Source: the human T2T-CHM13v2.0 reference genome, Homo sapiens
Direction: 5' to 3' (one strand)
Assembly: GCF_009914755.1 (NCBI RefSeq)
Contig: NC_060926.1
DNA length: 64,000 nucleotides
Position numbers and translations under genes: made by a program. Below the pieces are notes generated by a model. That model ran no database searches and had not been told where the DNA came from. It saw only the letters and a program-made list of their open reading frames with translations. Shown here in pieces: positions 1 to 14,503 of the stretch (the stretch's first letter is position 1; each line of letters starts with the position of its first letter).

Positions 1-574
1 ACCTCTCAGGAGCTCACAGGCTTTGAGGCTGATTGGGCCCTGGAGACTAATCTGGAAGTCACACTACTTAGGCTATTAAGGTAGCCCTCCACCTTCTGGG
101 ATATACTGTTCACTCAAAAAGAAATATTTATAGAGTTTACAGAAATCTCTGGACTCCATAAAATAATGGATGTGCATGTAGCACCCACCTCAACTAAGTT
201 CTCTCACAGTTCATAGGAGAAATTTCACTTTCTGATCAGTTACTTGGCTTAAGAGTTTATTCATTTGGTTCTGAGCTGCGTTAGGGAAACAAGAAAGGCT
301 CAGCCTAACAAGTCACATCCTGAACAAGGGAAGAAGCCCACACCAGCTGTCTCCAGGTCTTTTCAGCTTTTCATAAGACCAAATGCCATCAAAGTACTGG
401 CTGCAATTCACAGTGTAGGATCCATGTGAAAGGCTGAAGATCTAGTATTTTATCATTAACAGATGTTGTCCATAGATTCAAATTCTTGAAATAAGAGGAG
501 AGGGAGGGAGGGACTTTTTATTTTTTACTCTGCTAGTTTTGTGACTTTAGAATTTTATGCAGAAGGTATAGCTA

Positions 575-720
575 TAGCCACCACCATTTTAAAGGTGAGG
601 AAACTGCAAATCAGCAGAGAAGTTGAGTCGCTGTCCAAGGACACATGGCTGATGGCAATATGTGCACTTGCTGGGTATCTATACTTACTGAGGGCCACTG
701 TTCCTTTATTCAAGCCTCTG
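575..720 (-). mobile_element. MIR SINE fragment
   Basis: cattttaaaggtgaggaaactg...gtccaaggacacatggct is the reverse complement of the MIR core. Confidence 0.7.
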
Positions 721-911
721 CTTCTTGCTTTGGAATCCTGTAGCTGAGCAGCAGTTGATAGATATCATAGAATCAGCTAAAAATTACAAAAAAGGGGGAA
801 GAAAAGTTCATGTATGATGATGTTAATTAATCATGAATCCAAGCAGTCTCTCTAAGGCCTTCCATTCCCATAAATCAATCTCAAGCTCTAAGATCCACAT
901 TCTGTTTTTAG

Positions 912-1120
912 AAATAATAATAACTATCTTTGAGGTAGTTATTAGGAGACTTCTAGGTGCCAGATAATATATACTTTAATCTTTCCAATAGCAAAATAGG
1001 TTTTCCGATTTTACAGATTAGAAAACTGGCTAAATTATCTGCCTCATCTAGTAAATGGGAAAATGAGAATTTGAACCTAGGTCTCTCCCAGTCTCCTTTG
1101 TCCAGTATTTACTACTGCTC
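912..1120 (-). mobile_element. MIR SINE fragment
   Basis: attttacagattagaaaactgg...gaatttgaacctaggtct resembles the MIR core and head in reverse orientation. Confidence 0.65.
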
Positions 1121-1554
1121 CAAGCTAGGTATATTATTATACCATCTTTATTTCAAAGCCTATGGAAGTTTAAAAGTTAAATACCAGCAGAGATTTACCC
1201 TCTTCAGGTAAATCTAACATTGCTACATACCTACTCTCTGTCACTTTTGATAGAAATGCACAAGAAAGTTTAACTCTTTCTGTACATCCAAGCATGCAAC
1301 CACATTTTGTCTTACCAAAGAAAGCCCACAACTTCAGCCTGCCTAGGCACCCACCAGGAGGGTTCAAAGGCCTACTACCTAAAAAGTTATTCTGCTAGTT
1401 TCCTGGAGTTATAAGCTCCAATAACCTGATATCTGCATGCTCATCTTAACTCTTGAATTCTGGGTCCTTTTTGCATTAACCTTAACCAGGTGACTTGAGA
1501 CCGAAAGGGCTATTTTATCAGGGCTCCTTTGTTTAGTGGGTCACATAACAGATG

Positions 1555-2715
1555 TATCCCTTCAAATACCATCTTCCTGCTGATGACTCCTAAATTTATT
1601 CTCCAACTGTAGAACTATCCCAGGGGTTCCAGATTTGTATGTCAACTGCCTCCACAATATCTCCACTTGGACATGCAATATGTCAAAACATCTCAACATT
1701 ATGTGGCCAAAACGGAACTTTAGATTCCATACCAGGCCTGGCCTCCAGCCAATACATTCTTGGGCTTTTTCAAGCCCTTCTATAGCTTAATAAACAAAAT
1801 TCTTCAGTCTCTACACTTAATTGCTCAGGTTGAAAATATAGAGGTCATTCTTTCTATTTATTTTTTTTTTTTGAGAAGGAGTCTCATTTGTTGCTCAGGC
1901 TGTACTTGGACTTCTGGACTCTGGACATCCTCTCCTCTCAGCCTCCAGAGCAGCTGGGACAACAGGCACAGACCACCATGCCCAGCTTAGAAGTCATTAT
2001 TGATTTATTTCTTTTCCTACCATCCCACGCTTAGTCCATCAATATGTCCTGTTGTAGCTACCACTTCTTACCAACTCTTCTGAAACTAAATTCAAAGCTA
2101 ATATTATCATCTGCCTGAACTATAGGAACAGTTCCTAATGGGTCTTCCTCATCCTACTTGTGTCCCCTGCAATTCATCCCCTACACAGCACTTTCTAAAA
2201 CATAAATTATGTTACTCCCTTACTTAAACCCCTCCAATGGCTTCTCATTATGTAAACAATAAAACAAAAACATATACCACTGTCTATGAGATCTTAAATG
2301 ATCCCAGAATCATCTACTTCTCTGACCTCATGTGCCTATACTTTCCACCATCTTCTCTCTGGAAAGGTCCAAATTTATTCCTCTCTCAGGGCCTTTCTAC
2401 ATGTTAGTACTCTGCTTAAAGCACTTGTCCTCCTCAAAGAGGCCTTCTCTGTGTACTCGAAGTAAAGTACCACCCCTACCTCTGTCACTTCCCACCACTT
2501 TATCCTATTTTATCTGTTTCTAGGCACTTACCAATAAATGAATTTATCTTAATTATTCATTTGTTTACTTTCCATCTGCCCTATTTCTCCTTTAAAATGT
2601 AAGTATCTTCAGAACAAGGACTTGACTATTTTGTTCACTGCTGGATCTTCTGTGCCCAGAACAGTGCTTGGCACAGAGTGGGCACTCAGCAGTTGTTTAC
2701 TGACTGTTTGACTGA
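1555..2715 (+). mobile_element. L2 LINE 3' part, interrupted by an Alu monomer
   Basis: taccatcttcctgctgatgactcc is a decayed YHLYADDS RT motif; L2 3' end acagtgcttggcacagagtgggcactca at ~2660-2690. Confidence 0.85.
1851..1987 (-). mobile_element. Alu monomer (FLAM/FAM-like)
   Basis: Poly-T plus a single Alu arm; TSD tagaggtcatt / tagaagtcatt. Confidence 0.85.
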
Positions 2716-2824
2716 TCCAGAAAAAGATACATTAGACCCCAATTCAAAGAAGTAGTTGGAGATGGAATGCCAAAACAATAGCCTGCTACTTGCCCTGACT
2801 TAAAGCAAAGAATGTGTGCTCTTT

Positions 2825-3355
2825 GTCATATATATACACAATGGAATACTATTGAGCCTTGAAAAGGAGGTGAATCCTGTCATTTACAACAACATGGTTG
2901 AACATGGAGGACATTATGCTAAGGGAAGCCAGGCACAGAAAGATAAATGCTGCATGATCTCACTCATTGTAGAATCTAAAAAAGTTGAACTCATGGAAGC
3001 AGAGACGAATGATTGTTACAAGATTACAGAAGGGGGTGGATGGAGAAAAGGGAAATGTTGATAAAAAATTATGAAGTTTCAGGCAGAGAGGAGGAAAAAG
3101 TCTTAGTGCTGTAATGCACAGAATGGGGACTGTAATAATGCATTGTATATTTCAACAGTCCTAAGACAGTAGAATTTAAATATTTTTTACCACAACAAAT
3201 AATAAGTATGTGAGGTTACAGATTTGTCAGTTAGCCTGATTTAATCATTCCACATTCTAAACATATATCAAAACATCACATTTTATCCCATAAATGTTAA
3301 ATTATTATTTGTCAATTAAAAATAAAACTTTACAAAATAAAAATAAATGAATTAA
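2825..3355 (+). mobile_element. 5'-truncated L1 3' end (L1MA-like)
   Basis: tatacacaatggaatactatt...catgatctcactcat is typical L1 ORF2 end/3'UTR; A-rich tail. Confidence 0.9.
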
Positions 3356-3368
3356 GTAAAAGAATGTC

Positions 3369-3663
<295 letters not shown>

Positions 3664-4112
3664 AATTTATGCTTTGAGTTCCTCTGAGATCACAGGTAGG
3701 AATTATTTCTCACAATCAGAGCAAGTGGAGTAAGAGACAGTGACTGCTCTACATTCATAATAGTTCCTAAGAAGTATTCACCCCTGAGAATAAATTTGAT
3801 CATTTATTCTCATAGAGTTTGATAGAGTTATGGCTTTGACACCATTTGTTGGGGAAAGGAGAGAAAGAAGCAGCCTTAGTTTTTGAACCACATCGAGTCC
3901 TAATACTCATCTTCAAAGAATTGCTAGGATGGCTGTCCAGGTCAGCAACCACTGCTTCTGAATGTCATGTTAATTCTCAAATGCCTGAACTCAATGGGTG
4001 AGATCTCAGATACTACTCTAAAAAATCACATAGAAATATTCCTTTGGTCTTTCACTGCCACTCCCAGAAGCAGCCAGCTACACTTCAGTAGGTGGCTCCT
4101 GAAGACACTCAC

Positions 4113-4226
4113 CTTCCCCGCATCTCGGTAGATGTCCTACAGCTGCCTGTGAGAATCACAGAGGAAAGGCAATAACCACAGTGGCTTCTCTGGTGAGAGT
4201 CAGACCCACTGCAAGTGGTAGAAAAC
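4113..4226 (-). other. Candidate 114-nt exon of an unidentified (likely non-coding) transcript
   Basis: Minus strand: atttatttttctactgcag|GTTTTC...GCGGGGAAG|gtgagt; strong acceptor and donor in non-repeat sequence. Confidence 0.45.
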
Positions 4227-4890
4227 CTGCAGTAGAAAAATAAATTATTCTATTTGGGCTGAATTAGAAGTAGTTTCACCTCTAATCCATGTTTGGCATG
4301 ATTTTATTAATTAATTGATTTAAAGTATGAAGTGTAAAGCAAACAGGATTGTTGGAAAAGCCATTGGGTATCTGACAGCTACATGATCTTGGACAAGTCA
4401 TTCAGCCCCCTCCATACCTCAGATGTGTCACCAGCTCTGCTTCTTGTTTATAGACAGACATAACAGTAGTCCCAGCTTTGTCTAAAATATGGGTCTCATG
4501 TGCTCCATAAGTACTATTTGATGATGGTTATCACCTCACAGCCACCAGTCTTGGTTTCTCTGTTACTATGAAGCTATTAATATTTGGTACCAGATGGTAT
4601 ATTCAAAATAACTTGGGTGGAAATTGCTACTGAAATGCTAATAACTATTTTGTTCATTCTGGACAACCAATTCATATGCAGTAACTCAGGTTTAAAATCA
4701 GAAAGCAAGTAAAGCACCCTGGGGGATGTAAGAAGAACAAATCACTCTTTGCCTAAAGGTATACAAAAAAATAGTAATAACAATAACCAGGATTTAACTA
4801 CATAGATATAAACACTAGTTCCTGATTATTGATTTTACAACTAAATATTTCTGTGGTGAAAACACTACTACAAATGAAAATGTTATTATA

Positions 4891-5090
4891 TAGTGCCACT
4901 TCAAGTTTGGTCCTCAGACCTCAGCATCAACGTCACCTGGGGCCTTATTAAAAATGCAAATCTGGGTGTCCCAACCCAGACATCCTTAATCATAATACCT
5001 GGGGTTGAACCGATAGTTTTGGGTCAACCTTACAAATTCTCTTACAATACACGTGGATGGTTCTTATGCAACTAATAACTGAGAAGTGTC
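4891..5090. mobile_element. MER5A-like hAT-Charlie MITE
   Basis: caagtttggtcctcagacctcagcatcaacgtcacctgggg...aaatgcaaat matches recalled MER5A. Confidence 0.8.
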
Positions 5091-5117
5091 GTTAATGCAC
5101 TGACATCATGTATAACT

Positions 5118-5778
5118 TTGGGATCTCAAACTCAGATGCATAGAGGGTCAAAGCTAGTAATAGAACAAGTGACTCAGCCTAGCTGCAACCTGTGGTGAAC
5201 TGGAAGCCTCATATCTCATTCAAAGGATGTGAAGCTTCTGCTGATGTTGCTATGCAGAGATGTGAGTCCACAGTGGTCAGATTTTCCAGCTGATATGGTT
5301 AGGCTTTGTGTCCCTACCCAAATCTCATCTTGAGTTGTAATCCCCAAGTGTTTAGGGAGAGACCTGGTGGGAAGTGATTGGATTATGGGGTGGTTTCCAA
5401 CATGCTGTTTTCATGATAGTGAATGAATTCTCAGGAGATCTGATGGTTTTATAAATGGTACTTTTTCCTGTGCTTTCTCTCCCTCTGTCTATCTCTTTCT
5501 CTTTCTCTCTCTCTCGTGCCACTATGTAAGACGTACTTCTTCCCCTTATGCCATGATTGTAAGTTTCCTGAGGCCTCCCCAGCTATGCAGAACTGTGAGT
5601 CAATTAAACCTCTTTTCTTTATAAACTACCCAGTCTTGGGTATGTCTTTATAGCAGTGTGAAAATGGACTAATACACAAGCAATTCAGGAGAGCCCCCAA
5701 ATCTAAAATTTCAAGGAAAAATTTTGTATTTATGTTTTAAATTTTTTAAACAAATCTCAGGCCAAACAAAAGCTCTGT
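5118..5778. mobile_element. MER102-like hAT element split by a THE1 LTR
   Basis: gggatctcaaactcagatgc...tgtggtgaactgg; resumes after 5681 and runs to ggccaaacaaaa. Confidence 0.65.
5291..5676 (+). mobile_element. THE1D-like MaLR solo LTR
   Basis: TGATATGGTT...GGACTAATACA termini, ATTAAA poly(A) signal, 5-bp TSD ccagc/caagc. Confidence 0.95.
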
Positions 5779-5784
5779 TGTAAG

Positions 5785-6030
5785 GGTGTCTGGCATGCTT
5801 GAAGAATAGCCCAGAAGTCAGTGTGGCTCTTCTGTGTGAGATGATTAGGAGACGGAGCAGAAAAAGTAGAAAACAAGCTTGGCAAGGTAAAGATCAGAAG
5901 GTGTAGGTCCTTGTAAGTATTGAGAGGGTTTGGATTTTCTTCAGAATGAAATGGGAAGCCAGTGGAGGGCTTTGAGCAGAGAAATATTATAACCTAATTC
6001 ATGTTTAAAAGGATCACTCTCATTACTTTT
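5785..6030 (-). mobile_element. L2 fragment
   Basis: aatgggaagccagtggagggctttgagcag...aaaggatcactct. Confidence 0.8.
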
Positions 6031-6489
6031 TTAATAGCAAAACCAGGATCAGAACTAAATCACCAGCATCTCATCACAATAATGCTATATAATAGAATTG
6101 TACATATGAAAAATTCAATCACCCAGTGTTAAATGTAGACCTTGATATTTGTTCTAGACAGAAACCAGTAACATAATGGGTTTCTGGCAAGTGTCTCTCT
6201 AGTCTGTAATGAGCACCTCCAATAAAGTACTATTTCAGGGCAGCCAGTTCTATTTTCAGACTCCTCTAATCCTTAGAATTAAACTTCAGTCTCCTTTTCT
6301 TTTTCCTATCCATGTTTCCAGTGTTGCTCTAGAATTTAGATTTAGGATGAGTCAAATCCATCTTCCACATGTTAATGCTCCATTTATCACTCAAGTTCAT
6401 TCAACTCTTCCAATAAAATATGGTTTCATGTTTACTGTCAAAGTTTCTTGTAATGTGAATGTCAAAATTTAAGTTCACATTCACAGTGA

Positions 6490-6875
6490 GGTCAGGTCAT
6501 TGCAGAATGAACTGGAATTATTACCTCCCTTAGTCAGGACACTGTGCTTTTTGCCTCATCCTATCTATTCTTATCAAGTTTGTGGTTTAATCAAACTTAA
6601 GTACTTTTTATGATTATGTAAAGCCACATTTATAACATTCAGAAATTGTACAACTGATTTTTCAGAACCAAGAGTGGGATTCTACATTTATTCCAGTTTC
6701 ATTTAGTTTTGTTGCAGCAATGTTGCTAGCTATAAATCCATTTTGATATGATTGCTGCCTAATATAGTTATATTTCTCCTAATCTTGTGCTGTCTGCAAT
6801 TTAAATAAATGTCTTTTATGTCTCCAAGTCATTCATATAAGGGTTAAATAGAACAAGGACCAATGACAGGTTTGA
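6490..6875 (-). mobile_element. L3/CR1 LINE RT fragment
   Basis: attacctcccttagtcaggacac, gaaccaagagtgggattctacattta and tccaagtcatt resemble L3 in reverse orientation. Confidence 0.7.
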
Positions 6876-7200
6876 GAAATTCTCTAACCTCACATAGTCA
6901 CACTGCCTTCTTTGTACCCATGACAGACATTAATAATTGATCCTGGCAATCTTTTCAACAGAACTCAGTTCTGGTTTTAATTTTTTTGTCAATCCAGTAT
7001 TCTGCATAGCCACCACTAATCAGTGATATTTGGCACTTGAGATGGAGACGATTAGATATGCTGAGCCCACGACAAAGCACAGTGTCATTCTTCGGATTTC
7101 ATGTCTACCAGTTGCTGTAGTATTCAACTTACTTTGAATTGTGTACCATTGACTGTTTTCATGTCAAATTCAAAATCACTAAAAATTATTCGAACTTTTT

Positions 7201-7559
<359 letters not shown>

Positions 7560-7684
7560 TAATTTTTTTTTTTAATTAGAGACTCACTAACTCTTTCCTA
7601 GTCCACTTCTAAACAGATGCCATTTCATTGAGCTTTCCTCCTCTTCAATCCATTCTCCACTTTGCCAGCAATTATCTACTTGTA

Positions 7685-8930
7685 TCCATCCATCCATTTT
7701 ATTTCATAAATATGTTTTCTGTTTCTCCTACATGTCAGATATAGTGGTAGACTCTTGAATTACAAAGGCAGGAAAGACAAAAGCCGTATTTTCAGGGGAT
7801 TGACAATTGAGAGAGAGAGAGAGAGATCAATAAACTGTTCATAGCAATCCAAGGCTGAGTGCTGTGACTCATGCCTATAATCCCAGCACTTTGGGAGGCC
7901 AAGGCAGGAGGATTGTTTGATCCCATGAGTTAGAAAATAGCTCGGGCAACATAGAGAGACCTTGTCTCTACAAATAATACAAAACAATTAGCTGGAGTGT
8001 GGTGATGTGTGCCTTTGGTCAGAGCTATGTGGGAGGCTGAGGCATGAGGATCACTTGAGCTGGGGCTGCAGTGAGCCGTGATTGCACCACTGCACTCCAG
8101 TCTGGGTGACAAAGTGAGACCTCGTCTCCAAATAAATAAATAAATAATTTATTAAAATATAATTTAATATGGAGCAACCAATGATAAAGAAATGCCCAAC
8201 TTGGAAACAAGACCATCTAATCTAGCTCAGAGGAGATGGAATTCAAAACAAGCTCCCTGGAGATACTGAGTTGGGCCTTATGAGTAGAGATAGTTAGGTG
8301 GACATAGAAAAACTGAGAGAAGCACAGAGGTAAAACAGGTAAGAAAATGGCAGAACATAAAGGTAAGATAGGCTGAAGGGGTAACGGGACAAATTTTGGT
8401 AACCATGAGACAGAAAACAGAAAGTATGATTAACTAACTTAAATCATATCTATTAGGTGATGAGAAGCAATTGAAAGTTATGACAGAGTTAGGTCTACTT
8501 TCCAAATTAATCACTGAAACCTATGTTGTAGATTTATTGGAGAAGGAAAGATTATAAACAAGGAAACTACCTCAAAGATCACTTTAGTAGTCCAGGGAAA
8601 AGAAAAGATGAATGTCTGATCTAAGACAGTAGTGGTAGAAAGGTAAAGTAACAGAAGGATCAGAGAATTTAGGAAGTCAAATAATGTATTAAAATTTGTT
8701 GATTGATTAGATATTGAGGTGCTAATGCAGAAACATAAAAGATAGTTAAGTTTCTATCTTGAGCAACTAGATAGATGGTGTGGTCATCAACTGTGAAAGA
8801 GAATATGGAAAAGAGGTAGGAACGAATTTGGAGAATGTTTAGTTTAATGTGTTTGGGAGTATTCAAGTAGAGATATCTTACAAATAGATTTTTTACGACT
8901 GAAATGCAAAGGAGATATCAGGACTGGAGC
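7685..8930 (-). mobile_element. Degraded L2, interrupted by an Alu
   Basis: Reverse L2 3' end at ~7690; gtagtccagg, gagcaactagatagatggtg and gatatcaggactggag motifs. Confidence 0.7.
7853..8147 (+). mobile_element. Alu (AluJo-like)
   Basis: Diverged dimer with an (AAAT)n tail. Confidence 0.95.
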
Positions 8931-10069
8931 TTCTGTGGTGAGTTCTTCCACATGGCCTGTAGGATAAAGCCAAACCTAGTCTGTCATTCCAAATCTTCTC
9001 CTCACTCTATACACTCCCAGCTACAGATACTGGGCTCCTAATCACATCAATACATTTTATTCCATAGCCTTGCATCTTTAATCTTTCCTTTAATGAGAAC
9101 TGCCATTCTCTTTAAACTCCTACTGCAAGTCCTTCAACTTCGTTTTACCTCAATTTTTACATATTCATGAATTTTTCCTAGGTGCCTTCACTTAGAATTA
9201 AATTCTCCTGCTACCATAGTACTTTGTGCCTGTTTCGTATTGTTTTTAACAGCTTTATTAAGATATAATACATATACTATAAATTCAACAATTCTAAGTA
9301 CACCAATCAATGATTTTAACAAATGTATAGAGTTGCGCAACCATGACCACAATCAGATGTCAGAACATTTCCATTACTCCAAAAAGTACCCCCTTGCCAT
9401 TTCCAGTCAATTCCCACTCCCAGCCCCAGCCTCAGGCACTGATTTGCTTTCTGTCTCTACATATTTAAATTTTCTGAAAATACATAAATGAGATAACACA
9501 ATATGTGGTCTCTTGTGTCTGACTTCTTTCACTTAGCATGTTTTTGATGCTCCCATGTTGTAACATGAATCAGTGGTTTGATCCTTTTTGTTGCTGGAAA
9601 ATATTTAATTGTATAGATATTCCATTGTTTATTTATAGATATACTAATTTTGCTTATCCATTCACCAGTTGATGGACATTCATATTGTTTTCAGTTTGAA
9701 GGTATATGAATAATGCTGTAATAAGCAATCATATAGAACTATTTGTGTGGACATATGTTTTTATTTCTCTTGGGTAGATATCAAAAAAAGGAAAATGTTG
9801 GATTTTATGGTAAGTTTATATTTAATTTTTTAAGAAACTGTTTTCCATTCCCACCATGTATGAGGGTTTCCAATTTCACTACATATTCACCAATACTTGG
9901 CTTTATCAATATTTTTGTTATAGCCATTCTGATGTGTTTATAGTCATATCACATTGTGGTTTTAATTTGCATTTCCCTAATGACTACAGATGTTAAGCAT
10001 CTTTCTATGGACTTATTAGCCATTCATAGATCTTCTTTGGAGAAAAATCCATTCAAATCTTTTCTCTAT

Positions 10070-10546
10070 TGTATCAGTTTTCAGTTACTTCTTTTGGAAC
10101 AAATCGCTCCAAACTTAGTGACTTACAGCAAACAAAAATATTTATTATTTCACACAGTGTCTGGGGCCAATAATCTAGTAGCCTATTAGCTTGGTGTTTC
10201 TGGCTCAGAGTCTCTCATGAGATTGCAGTTAAGATGTCAATCATCTGAAGGCTTGAATGGAGCTAAAGTACCTACTTCCAAGATGTCTCTCTCACAAGGC
10301 TGTTAGTTGGACATCTCATAATATATCATATAATAGCTAGATTCCCTAACAATGATTAATCCAAGAGAGAGCAAGGTACAAGCCTCAAGTGGCTTTTATG
10401 ACTTATCCTTAGAAGTAACATACCATCACTTAGGCTGCAGTCTATTGGTCACAAGGTCAACTATTCTACAACGTGGTAGGATACTACGTAAAGGAAGAGC
10501 AAGAGACAAGGAATCACTGGAGGTTATTTGCAGGCTATCTCCCACA
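10070..10546 (-). mobile_element. MLT1F-like MaLR solo LTR
   Basis: tg...ca termini; gagtctctcatgagattgcagttaagatgtc core; TSD tctat/cctat. Confidence 0.85.
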
Positions 10547-10769
10547 CCTATTCTTTAATTAGGTTGTCTTATTACTGAGTTGTAAGGCCTATGTTAGATA
10601 CATTAATTGAAAATTTTTTTCCTAGCCTGAACTCATCTTTTTCATTCTTAAGGGTGTCTTCTAAAGAGTAAAAGTTTTAAATTTGATGAAGCCCAATTCA
10701 TCATTTTTTTTCTGTTATAAATCTTGCATGGAGTGGTTTATCCAGGAAATCATTACTTAAATTTCATAA

Positions 10770-11141
<372 letters not shown>

Positions 11142-12615
11142 TGAATTAATTTTTTGTATTGTGTGAAGTAATGATCTAAGTTCATTCATTTTGCATATGG
11201 ATATTCAATTTTCCTAGAACCATATCTTAAAAAGACTTTTAGTTTTCCATTAAATTGCCTTTTCAACTTTGTTGAAAACCAATTAAATGTACAAATAAGG
11301 GTTTATTTCTGGACTCTCAATTCTGTTCCATTTTTTCATTGATCTTCCTGTCTTGATTAATGTAGCTTTATAATAAGGCTTGAAATCAGGTAGTATAAGG
11401 CCTCCAACCTTGATTCTCTTTCTCAAAATAGTTTTTGGATATTCTAGGTCATTTGAATTTCCTCATAAATTTAGGATCAGCTTGCCAATTTCTTAAAATG
11501 GTATAACATTATTTAGAATATTCAGTTCTAATTTCCTTTTAATTACTCTAGGGCTTGTAGTTAGATCCTTTCTTTCCTGAATAGCGAATTTGAGCCTTCT
11601 CTCTTTTTCCCTTGGTCACTCTATCTAAAGGCTTATCTATTTTGTTCACATTTTCAAAAAACCAATCTTTGATTTTACTAATTTTTCTCTATTATTTTCC
11701 ATTTTCCATTTTTTTCGTTGATTTCCCTTCTGATCTTTATTATTTCCATTCTAATGATTGCTTTGGGTTCAATTTACTCACTTTCTCATTTTTAAAGCAG
11801 AGGATTAGGTTATTGATATGAGACCTTTCTTCTTTAACAATATAGGCATTTAAAGCTAAATATTTTCCTCTAAGCAATGCATTAACTGTGTTTCATACAC
11901 TTTGATATCCTCTGTTTCCTTTTGTATTCATTTCAAAATATTTTATAAATTTCCTTCTGGTTTATTCCATGATCCATGCGTTATTTAGAAATGTATGGCA
12001 TAATTTCCAAATATTTTGGATTTTCCTAAGATTCCTATTGTTGCAGATTTACTATTCAATTCCATTGTAGTCAGAAAATATACTTTGAATGAAATCTAGT
12101 TTTTTAAACATGTTGAGATTTGTTTAATGGCACAGTGTATATTCTATCCTGGAAAATGTTCTGTGTACACTTGAAAAAAAATATGTATTGTCTTCATGTT
12201 GAAAGAAATGTTCTACAGTTGTCAATTGGGTCAGTTAAGTGGATAGAAGTGTTCAAGTTTTCTATATCTTTGCTGATTTTCTGTCTAGTTGTTCTATCAT
12301 TTACTGAGAATTGTTGAAGAATTTAACCCCAGATTAAAATATCCAAACATAATTTTTGAATTGCTTATTTTTCCTTTAATTCTGTCAAATTTTGCTTAAT
12401 GTGTGGGTCTCCATTGTTAGATGTGTTTACACTTGTGTTATGTATTTCTATGATATACCCCTTTATTATTATGAAATGTCCATCTTTGTTTCTCATCTTT
12501 CTTTTCTTAAATTCTATTTTGTCTGATATTAATATAGCTATTCTATATGTATTGTGATCACTGTTTTCATGGTATATCTTTTTCTATATTTTTACTTTCA
12601 ACATATTTATGTATT

Positions 12616-12654
12616 TGTGTGTGTGTGTGTGCATGTGTGTGTGAGAGAGAGAGA

Positions 12655-12659
<5 letters not shown>
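12616..12659. repeat. (TG)n(GA)n microsatellite at an Alu tail
   Basis: Directly visible. Confidence 0.95.
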
Positions 12660-12970
<311 letters not shown>

Positions 12971-13941
12971 TAGCTGATTCTTGCATTAATATTTCATCTA
13001 AAAATCTCTTACTTGGGCTGAAATGTTTAATATATTGCCATTTAAAGTAATTATTTATATGACTGGATTTACTTCTGTCACTTTGGTTTTTTTTATGTCA
13101 TCTTTTTATTTTTTTTCCATTTATTGCCTTCTGTGTTAAATAATTTTAGTGTTATGATTTTAATTATTCTGTTAATATCTTAACCTTTTATGAAAGACAT
13201 TTTCTTAGTGTTTGCTCTAGAGATTAAAACATGCATGTTAATTTACCACAATCTATATTAACACTGGCTTAAAAGTTAATACATAGTAAAAATAGCAACT
13301 AGTCCCATATAGGTCTATTTCCTCCCATCTCTTTTGAGCTATCTGTTACTGTCATATATATTACACCTATGTGTAATAAACCAATGATACAGTGTGTTAT
13401 AATTATTGCTTTATATAATTATATCTTATGAAGAAATTAAAATAAAAAGAGAAACATATTTATAGAGTCTTTTAAATTTACCCGTATATTTTTCCAATGC
13501 TCTTTATTTCTTCCTGTGAATTCAAGTTACTATCCAATATCATTTCGTTTCAACCTGAAGAATTTCCTTTAGTGTTTCTTCTAAGGCAGATACTCTGGCA
13601 ACAAATTCTCTTTTCGTCTTTCAACATTTTCAGTGTGTCACTACTACCTTTCTGCTTCCAGTATTTCTGACCAGAAATCAGCTATTAATCTTATTGCTAT
13701 TCTGCTGTATCCTTTCAATATTTTCTCTTTGGCTTTAGGTTTCAATATTTGGCTATGATGGGCCTGTGTGTGAATTTGTTTTTATCCTGCTTGGAATACA
13801 CTGAACTGCGTGATTCTGTCTATATATTGTTTTATAACAAATTTGAGAAGAATGTTGGCCATTATTCTTCAAACATATTTTCTTCCTTTCTCTTTCTCTC
13901 TCTTTTTTGTAGCCTCTCATCACATATATATGTTGCCACAC

Positions 13942-14145
13942 TTAATGTTGTCCATGGGTCTCTGAGATGTTATTTAATTTTTTCAATCCTTTTCTTATTT
14001 TTTTCTTAAGATTGAATTGTTTCTGTTGATCTATTTTCAAGCTCATTGATTCTTCTGCCATTTTATATCTGCTATTCGTTTCATCCAGTAAACTTGTTAT
14101 TTCCAATATTGTACTTTTCAATTCTAGAACTTTCATTTGTTTCAT
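13942..14145 (-). pseudogene. Decayed L1 ORF1p coiled-coil remnant
   Basis: QMKVLELKSTILEITSLLDETNSRYKMAEE resembles the ORF1p heptads QMEILELKNTITEIKNSLDGLNSRLEMAEE. Confidence 0.85.
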
Positions 14146-14214
14146 TTTAATATTTCTATTTCTTTATTAAGATTTCCTATATCATGAATTATTACCATCA
14201 TACTATATTTCAAC

Positions 14215-14503
14215 TTTTTTTTTTTTGAGACGGAGTCTCGCTCTGTTGACAGGCTGGAGTGCAGTGATACAATCTTGGCTCACTGCAACCTCTGCCTTCC
14301 AGGTTCAAATGATTCTTACCTCAGCCTCCCGAGTAGCTGGGACTACAAGCATTCACCACCACGCCCAGCTAATTTTTGTATTTTTAATAGAGACGGGGTT
14401 TCACCATGTTGTCCAGGATGGTCTCAATCTCCTGACCTCATGATCCACCTGCCTTGGCCTCCCAAAGTACTGGGATTTCAGGCATGAGCCACCGTACCCG
14501 GCC
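14215..14503 (-). mobile_element. Alu (AluSc-like)
   Basis: Full dimer; caggatggtctcaatctcctgacctcatgatcc. Confidence 0.95.
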
